From: Candidatus Bathyarchaeota archaeon
GTDB lineage: Archaea > Thermoproteota > Bathyarchaeia > 40CM-2-53-6 > RBG-13-38-9
DNA: 64,000 nucleotides
Direction: 5' to 3'
Assembly: GCA_963807605.1 (NCBI GenBank)
Contig: CAWECG010000001.1
Coordinates: 512,001-576,000 of the forward strand
Numbering within the stretch: the stretch's first letter is position 1; every line of letters begins with the position of its first letter. The notes below the pieces were generated by a model. It searched no databases, was not told the DNA's origin, and saw only the letters and a program-made list of their open reading frames with translations. The translations under genes were made by a program, and so were the position numbers. Below, one piece after another: positions 58,208-64,000 of the stretch.

Positions 58208-59676
58208 CTATTCTTCTTGGACAATCCACGCTTTCGGGATATTCTTCGCCTTGTAGAATTGCCATTTGATGTGACGAATGATATTCGCTAGAAATACTTC
58301 TCCTTGATGGTAAGTTCTCTCCAGAACCGCGTCTCTGGACAGAAAGACTTCCTTCAACTCTTGTTGTTCTTTCTTCGGCGCGAAGAACACGTATATGGGA
58401 ACACCAATCGCGAACAGAATGGCAGAGGTTAGGATCTGTTGGCCATTTACTTGTGTCATCAAGAAGAGCGAAAAGATTACACCCAACGCTGGGATTACTG
58501 TGACTTGCCAAGTTCTGGTTCGTGCATTTGTATGCCTCCTTTCAAGCAGAAAGGCGGATATGCACGTTGCTAAATAAGCGAAGGAGAGCAGAAACACCGA
58601 GCTGTTGATTAGCGCAACAAGCTGTTCGTAATGCTTGCAACAAAAGCCGTTGCGCACAGAACAATTATGCCTATGTACGGTGTGTGATATGATCTCTGCA
58701 ATCGGCTGAATGCTCTAGGTAGCAGTCCGTCGATTGACATTGCAAAGGCTAGCCTAGACGTCCCAATACTCCCGGATTCGTCTGCCCCGAGAATGGAGAC
58801 AAGTGCACCTATCGTCAATATCAGTCCTCCAAGCATTGCCGCGGTCGACGAAACGCCCAACACGTTCGCAGCAGCAACGGCCAACGGTGCTGATGACGAG
58901 GCCAGAGTCCGTTGATCTACCACCCCGATCACAACAACATTAGTAACAATATAGAACACTGCGACGATCAGCATGCCCAAAATAAGAGCCTTAGGTAGAG
59001 TCTTCCTCGGATGTTGAATTTCATCCGCTGGCAGACTGGAAAGCTCAAAACCAGCATAGGCCCAGAAAATCAGCACTAACGTTTGTCCTACGTTCGAAAG
59101 ATCACCGTGCAGGAACGGTTGGAAGTGCGCAGCCGCTAAACTGGGCTGCAATCCCATGAATACCACGCCTAAACATATGAGAAGCAACAGAGGACCCAGT
59201 TTCACAATAGTCAAGAAGTCATTGAACTTCCCGGCCGTCTTGACTCCGTAAATGTTGGTCAAAATGATCGTAACAATAAACGCTCCTTTCAGTAGCAATT
59301 GAGATAGCGGATCCAAGTTCGGATCCAATGCAAGAAAATATTGAGTGAAGGCGACTGGAAATACTGCTAATGAAAACCATTCAGCCAAAAGAAGGGCCCA
59401 GCCTACCATGAAACCCCCAAATGACCCTGCCACCTCTTTCGTGTAAGCATAGGAGCCGCCGACCCTGGGTAGGTAAGTGGCGCAGTAAGCGAAACATAGG
59501 GCGATCACAATTGCAATGATTCCCCCAACGATCCAAATCAGAAGGGAAGCAGGTCCAAGAAGTCTAGCACTAAGTGCGGGGACCACAAAGATATCCGCAC
59601 CAATAGCTGAACCAATCACGAGACTTGTAGTGTCAAACGTGTTCAGCTGCCGGCGTAGAGTCACTTTCCTAGTCAA
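58208..59676 (-). CDS. APC-family amino acid permease, -1 indel at ~58615
   Basis: GSAIGADIF, GGSYAY, FWAYAGFE, SR..FAM..DG.LP; the two ORFs overlap at NSL(V)AL. Confidence 0.85.
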
Positions 59677-59731
59677 ATCAACTCACGCAGCAGGATCAAC
59701 ACCAAAGATCCACCATAGAGAAGAGCGTATG

Positions 59732-60026
59732 CTACCTGTTCGTGGGATGCCTTACCGCGCTGCTGGTTCCGGTTTGACACTGGTTCCGTGCTAATGAACA
59801 CAGGGGGTCCCAGAAAGACAAGACTGCGGGCACCGTATCAAGGATTTTCAGGAGTTCTGGAGGCAGATACTCTTTCCTCACAATAACCTCGTAGAAATAT
59901 TCGTCGAACCATTCATCCATCAAGTACATGTATCCTTGATCCCCCTATCGCGGGTCCCCAGCCGTTTTCAACTCGCCATTTCCTTGGCTTGCCATGCTCA
60001 TCGAGGTCAACCCTCGTAATCACCAT
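59732..60026 (-). pseudogene. pepC: C-terminal fragment of aminopeptidase C / bleomycin hydrolase (C1B)
   Basis: AMVIT.VDLDE.GKP.KWRVEN.WG..GY..DEWFDEY.YE..V.K.YLP..WDP..SLA; starts at GC run 60027-60035; one indel in a G-run. Confidence 0.8.
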
Positions 60027-60181
60027 CGCGCGCGCTTTCCTGTGTAGTTTTCGATTGGGTACGTTTTCCTGTCGGTGCTATTGGCTTAGGTGTTTAGGCG
60101 CTAATTGCTTAAGCCCTTTCGAGTTGTGCGCCCTCAGCCGTGCTACTTGCGCTTGCTGAGTTAAACAACCAAACCTCTATA

Positions 60182-60676
60182 CTATTTTTTTTCATTCAAT
60201 AGGATTTCGACAGTCCACTTTGCAGTTTTCCCCACAACATTTTGGCACTTGTCTCCCTTTGCCTTGTTGAATTCTTCATGTTCCTTGGGGTCCCAGAGGT
60301 TGAAAGACCTTCCAATAATTTTCGTCTGGACATCTTTGCAGATGGCGCTTCCAAACTCTTCTATGAACCGGTCATGGAGCTTCTTGCCCAGTACCATGCC
60401 CTTCTCTCTTTCTCCAAGATTCGAGAAATCTGCCCTGCCATACCTTTGGCTTATCGCTGCCACTCCGCCTGACAAGGCGCCACATGTGCCATCTCCTGCA
60501 CGGACCAATCCTCCAGCTAGACCGTCCATCGTCTTAAAGATCTCACGGCTTCGACCTCCCAAGACTTCGCTCACAGCTGCAAAGGCACATTGTGAGCAAC
60601 CTCCATGAGCCTTGGTATAGTTGAAACCCAAATCATAAGCACGTTTCATCAAGTCTTCTTTGCTTGATTTCACCAA
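60182..60676 (-). CDS. C_GCAxxG_C_C family redox protein
   Basis: GCSQ, TCGALSGG, F.EEFGS.IC, KC. Confidence 0.85.
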   Translation of the reverse strand: MVKSSKEDLMKRAYDLGFNYTKAHGGCSQCAFAAVSEVLGGRSREIFKTMDGLAGGLVRAGDGTCGALSGGVAAISQRYGRADFSNLGEREKGMVLGKKLHDRFIEEFGSAICKDVQTKIIGRSFNLWDPKEHEEFNKAKGDKCQNVVGKTAKWTVEILLNEKK

Positions 60677-61041
60677 ATATGTCACCAGACCACTTTGCAT
60701 TCGCACTGTTTGGCCAACGGTAGCATTAGCAATCTCTAAAAACATTTTGGATAGTGTGTACGCGTGGATACCTGCGGAATGTGAAGGTCAAGGATTTGAC
60801 TCTTGGGCGCCTGACGCGCACGTCATTTATATGGGTAATCAGTCAGAGGATAGAGCGCGGGCTATCACCGCATCGACGATAGAACAAACCTAAGCCAGAT
60901 AATCGAGTTTCGTCGTCGCTCACGAAAAGAGTTGCACACACAATTTCGTTACACTAGGAAAAAGAACCGCAGGTCTGGGATGCGGATCCAAGACATACGC
61001 GCGCGAAACGTTAAGTAAGCATCAGGAGCACGTTTCTAGAG

Positions 61042-61227
61042 GTGATGAGCTTAGTGATTACTTTGAAATGTCCTATTGGCGAGTGTATCTTTGAGATAGA
61101 TGCTCACACCTTTGAAGAAGCAATTAGGAAGGCTAGAGATCACGCGAAGGCACAACACAAAATGACTGATCTCCCTCCACACATTATAGAAAAAATTGCA
61201 CAAGCGTTTAAGCCCACAATATGGTGA
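61042..61227 (+). CDS. DUF1059 small metal-binding protein (paralog of 57788-57955)
   Basis: LKCP..C.F...A.T.EE.....HA...H.M. Confidence 0.7.
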   Translation: MMSLVITLKCPIGECIFEIDAHTFEEAIRKARDHAKAQHKMTDLPPHIIEKIAQAFKPTIW

Positions 61228-61671
61228 GCTCGCGCACAACTAACACTACGGACGCGCCCCTCGGATTCCACTGAGGGTCAACAAAGACAAATCATGTTTT
61301 TGCCGAGTTGCGATGTCCCAAGAATGACGAATTCACCTAATTATCCAATTGCGTACGGGCGGCTCACTATAATCTGCTTGTTGAACACCTGCGAAATTGT
61401 TTGCCCGCATTACGTGGGTTACAATTGTGGCTACACTCTGTGCAGATTAATCCTGATTGGTCTCGCCAGAGGATATCACGCCGAGACGATGTTCTCCAAA
61501 AGGACCGCACACACAAATCGTAGGAGCCAGCCCGCAGGATATAAGCGGAGTTTAAGCTTCTTTCAACACCAGAGGTCATCTTCAGAAAACTTAATGATAG
61601 CAAGGAAAGATGAGAGAATTTCAAACATGAATATAATCAACCAATCGTTTTGTTATCCCTATTAAGATCGT

Positions 61672-62571
61672 TTAGAACAAGATGTGGTAAACTCCTACCA
61701 ATATCAAAGCTGCACCGATTAATCTAGTCAAGTATGTGCGAATGGAATGGTTTTCGCCCAAGACCTTCGGATTTATTCTGGACACCAAAACACCGATGAT
61801 AACCGTGAAAAGCCCCTGCGTGGCAACGAAGGCTTCGGTTAATGATACTGAAAATTTCACAGCGAAAAACATTGCAGCAAGGCTAATGTAAAGCAGAGTG
61901 ATTTCCAGAATGGCAGACGGTATTGCTTGTTTCCATTTCTCCTTGAAACTTACAATTTCATTTTTCTTCATCACGAAAGGCATGAAAATCAGAAGCAGAG
62001 GAATCTGCATAATGTGAAACCAGCTAAGATAATTGATGTAATCCATTCCCTGTAGTACAGGTTTGCTTGCAATGCCCATGAAAGCGAATATGAGACAGGT
62101 TGCGAAGAATAGACCAAGAGACTTGCTCTTGATCAGATTCTTGAAAGTTATACCCTCATTCCAAGAGGTCAACATGGCGCCGAAAACAATCAACAAAATC
62201 CAGCCAATTATTTGGAAACCGTAAAACTCATGTAACAAGATGAAACTCAACGGAATTACGAATATTGGCCTTGTACTCAAAACAGGATTGGCAGTTGTAA
62301 TATCGCCAATGCTTAGACCATACACGAAAATCAATCCTCCAGTGAAAGCCGCTGATGATGCGATTGTTGTAAGAACCAAGGAATTTACGGATGGAAATAC
62401 TATCGGAGATATTGACCAAGAGACGACTGGGAACACCGCAAGGCTTAGTGCAGTGTAAAGATAGAACCAAGAGACGGCCTGCATTTTGTTTTCTATTGCA
62501 TACTTGCTTACAAGGTTACGGAGAGCAAAGAACAGGCCTGCTACGATAGCCGCAATCATGAAAAATTCCAT
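61672..62571 (-). CDS. EamA/DMT-family transporter
   Basis: 10 TM segments in two repeats, L.E....G..LI..G motifs. Confidence 0.8.
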   Translation of the reverse strand: MEFFMIAAIVAGLFFALRNLVSKYAIENKMQAVSWFYLYTALSLAVFPVVSWSISPIVFPSVNSLVLTTIASSAAFTGGLIFVYGLSIGDITTANPVLSTRPIFVIPLSFILLHEFYGFQIIGWILLIVFGAMLTSWNEGITFKNLIKSKSLGLFFATCLIFAFMGIASKPVLQGMDYINYLSWFHIMQIPLLLIFMPFVMKKNEIVSFKEKWKQAIPSAILEITLLYISLAAMFFAVKFSVSLTEAFVATQGLFTVIIGVLVSRINPKVLGENHSIRTYLTRLIGAALILVGVYHILF

Positions 62572-62822
62572 TGAACCACTACAAGACATTTTGGAGGTTG
62601 GGCAAGACACGGGCCTTTTCTACAAGGCTTCGGGTCATCTATTAAAATGTTTAACATTTTGATTTCAGATTTGGGCGCGAGGTCATGAAAAGGACTCCTA
62701 TTGATAGTGCGTGGCGAGCTTCCTCCGCGCGCGCGTAAGATAACGATACAATTCGCCATCTGCACACGGAGTCGAAGCAAATTTAGTAGGCCCTTTATAG
62801 GCGAACTTGCCAACTCAAAGTC

Positions 62823-63770
62823 ATGATCAAATTCGGCTTCCAACATCCTAGCTTTACATACGATGGTGAAGGCCACAAAATTTTTGCTTCGGTGAAAACA
62901 AAAGCCAAACTCGCAGAGGAACTAGGCTTCGACAGCTTCTGGGTCATGGATCATTTCTTTCAGATTCCAAGAGTCGGCGAAATTGAAGAGCCGATGATGG
63001 AGGGCTGGTCGACCATATCGGCCCTCAGCCAAGTTACCGAGAAGATAAGAATAGGGACCCTCGTGTCAGGCAACATATACCGCAATCCAGCCCTTCTTGC
63101 CAAGATGGGTGCCACAGTGGACATTATTTCGAATGGTCGGCTGAACATGGGCGTAGGGGCAGGCTGGTTCGAGACCGAAGCCAAGGCATACTCGATACCC
63201 TACTATAACGTGGGTGAGAGACTCAAGAGACTCAAGGAAACCTTACAGATAATCCGAGGAATGTGGAGCTCCAAGAAATTCTCATTCAAAGGGGACTATT
63301 ATCAGATTGAAGATGCTCTCTGCGAACCAAAGCCAATCCAGAAACCTTACCCGCCCATATGGATCGGAGGGAACGGTGAGAAGGTCACCTTAAAGCTGGT
63401 TGCGAAGTACGGTGATGCTTGCAACCTTTTCGGAGGACCTAAGACTATTAAGCGCAAACTGGATGTTCTGGCTGCACACTGCAAGACTGTTGGAAGAAAT
63501 TACAACGAGATTCAGAAGACACGTTTAGGCCACATTATCTTGGGCAAGAACGAGTCTGAAGTGAAGGTCATGCTTGCAAAGGAACGCCATCCCGGGGTGA
63601 GTGACGAAGAGTACACAGCCTACGCCACCTATGGAACTCCCGATCAGGTAGTCGGCAAGGTACAGGATTTAGTCGACGCAGGTTTGGATTACCTCATTTT
63701 CAATGCCCACTTTCCCAACGAAGAGAAGATCCTCCGTCTCTTCGCCGAGAAGGTGATTACCGAATTTTAA
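62823..63770 (+). CDS. LLM-class F420-dependent oxidoreductase
   Basis: GFDSFWVMDHF, YRNPALLAK, GAGW.E.E, PIWIGG.GE. Confidence 0.92.
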   Translation: MIKFGFQHPSFTYDGEGHKIFASVKTKAKLAEELGFDSFWVMDHFFQIPRVGEIEEPMMEGWSTISALSQVTEKIRIGTLVSGNIYRNPALLAKMGATVDIISNGRLNMGVGAGWFETEAKAYSIPYYNVGERLKRLKETLQIIRGMWSSKKFSFKGDYYQIEDALCEPKPIQKPYPPIWIGGNGEKVTLKLVAKYGDACNLFGGPKTIKRKLDVLAAHCKTVGRNYNEIQKTRLGHIILGKNESEVKVMLAKERHPGVSDEEYTAYATYGTPDQVVGKVQDLVDAGLDYLIFNAHFPNEEKILRLFAEKVITEF

Positions 63771-64000
63771 CACGGCGTGCAGCTGAAGCCGTACCAAACT
63801 AAACATGAAGGGCACTCGGCGTTGCGCTACTCTCTCTTACGTCGAATCGTGCGCCCCAGCATATTCCAGCGCTAAGCTCTTGTACTTCAAACTCTTGTGC
63901 GTTGAGATCCACGTGAGAACCCAGAGACGGCGTCTTGCACATATTTCCTATCGGCTTGTGAACGCACACAAATCATAGTTCAACCTCTGCACTCACTACA

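Overview
Archaeal DNA, probably TACK/Bathyarchaeia-like (inferred from two double-intron tRNAs, an A/V-type ATP synthase and an IPE(Y/F)P-type C-terminal sorting signal). Intact blocks: a Dna2-like nuclease-helicase + mre11 + rad50 operon (1-5969), an MgtA P-type ATPase, PEP synthase, the full A1Ao ATP synthase in two convergent halves, and scattered metabolic and transport genes. The rest is a mosaic of 1-4-gene modules and gene fragments. Three structural signals stand out. (1) About 26 alternating (GC)n runs of 8-12 bp lie outside intact genes and mark module junctions. Several recognisable genes (aquaporin, aminopeptidase C, a PQQ-repeat protein, a mannosyltransferase paralog) are cut exactly at such a run, and the only IS in the window is inserted into one. 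(2) An 11-copy modular repeat family built on a TGTGTG..TGGTGAG(CACACAC) box and a CGGTTCAAATT core, whose matched inverted pairs bracket cargo genes. (3) A ~90-bp inverted repeat that starts just after tRNA-Ala and brackets a 3.5-kb ABC/PadR module. No recombinase is encoded in the window. Many single-base indels in homopolymers suggest long-read errors, so some 'pseudogenes' may be intact. All calls were made by eye; no database searches were run.
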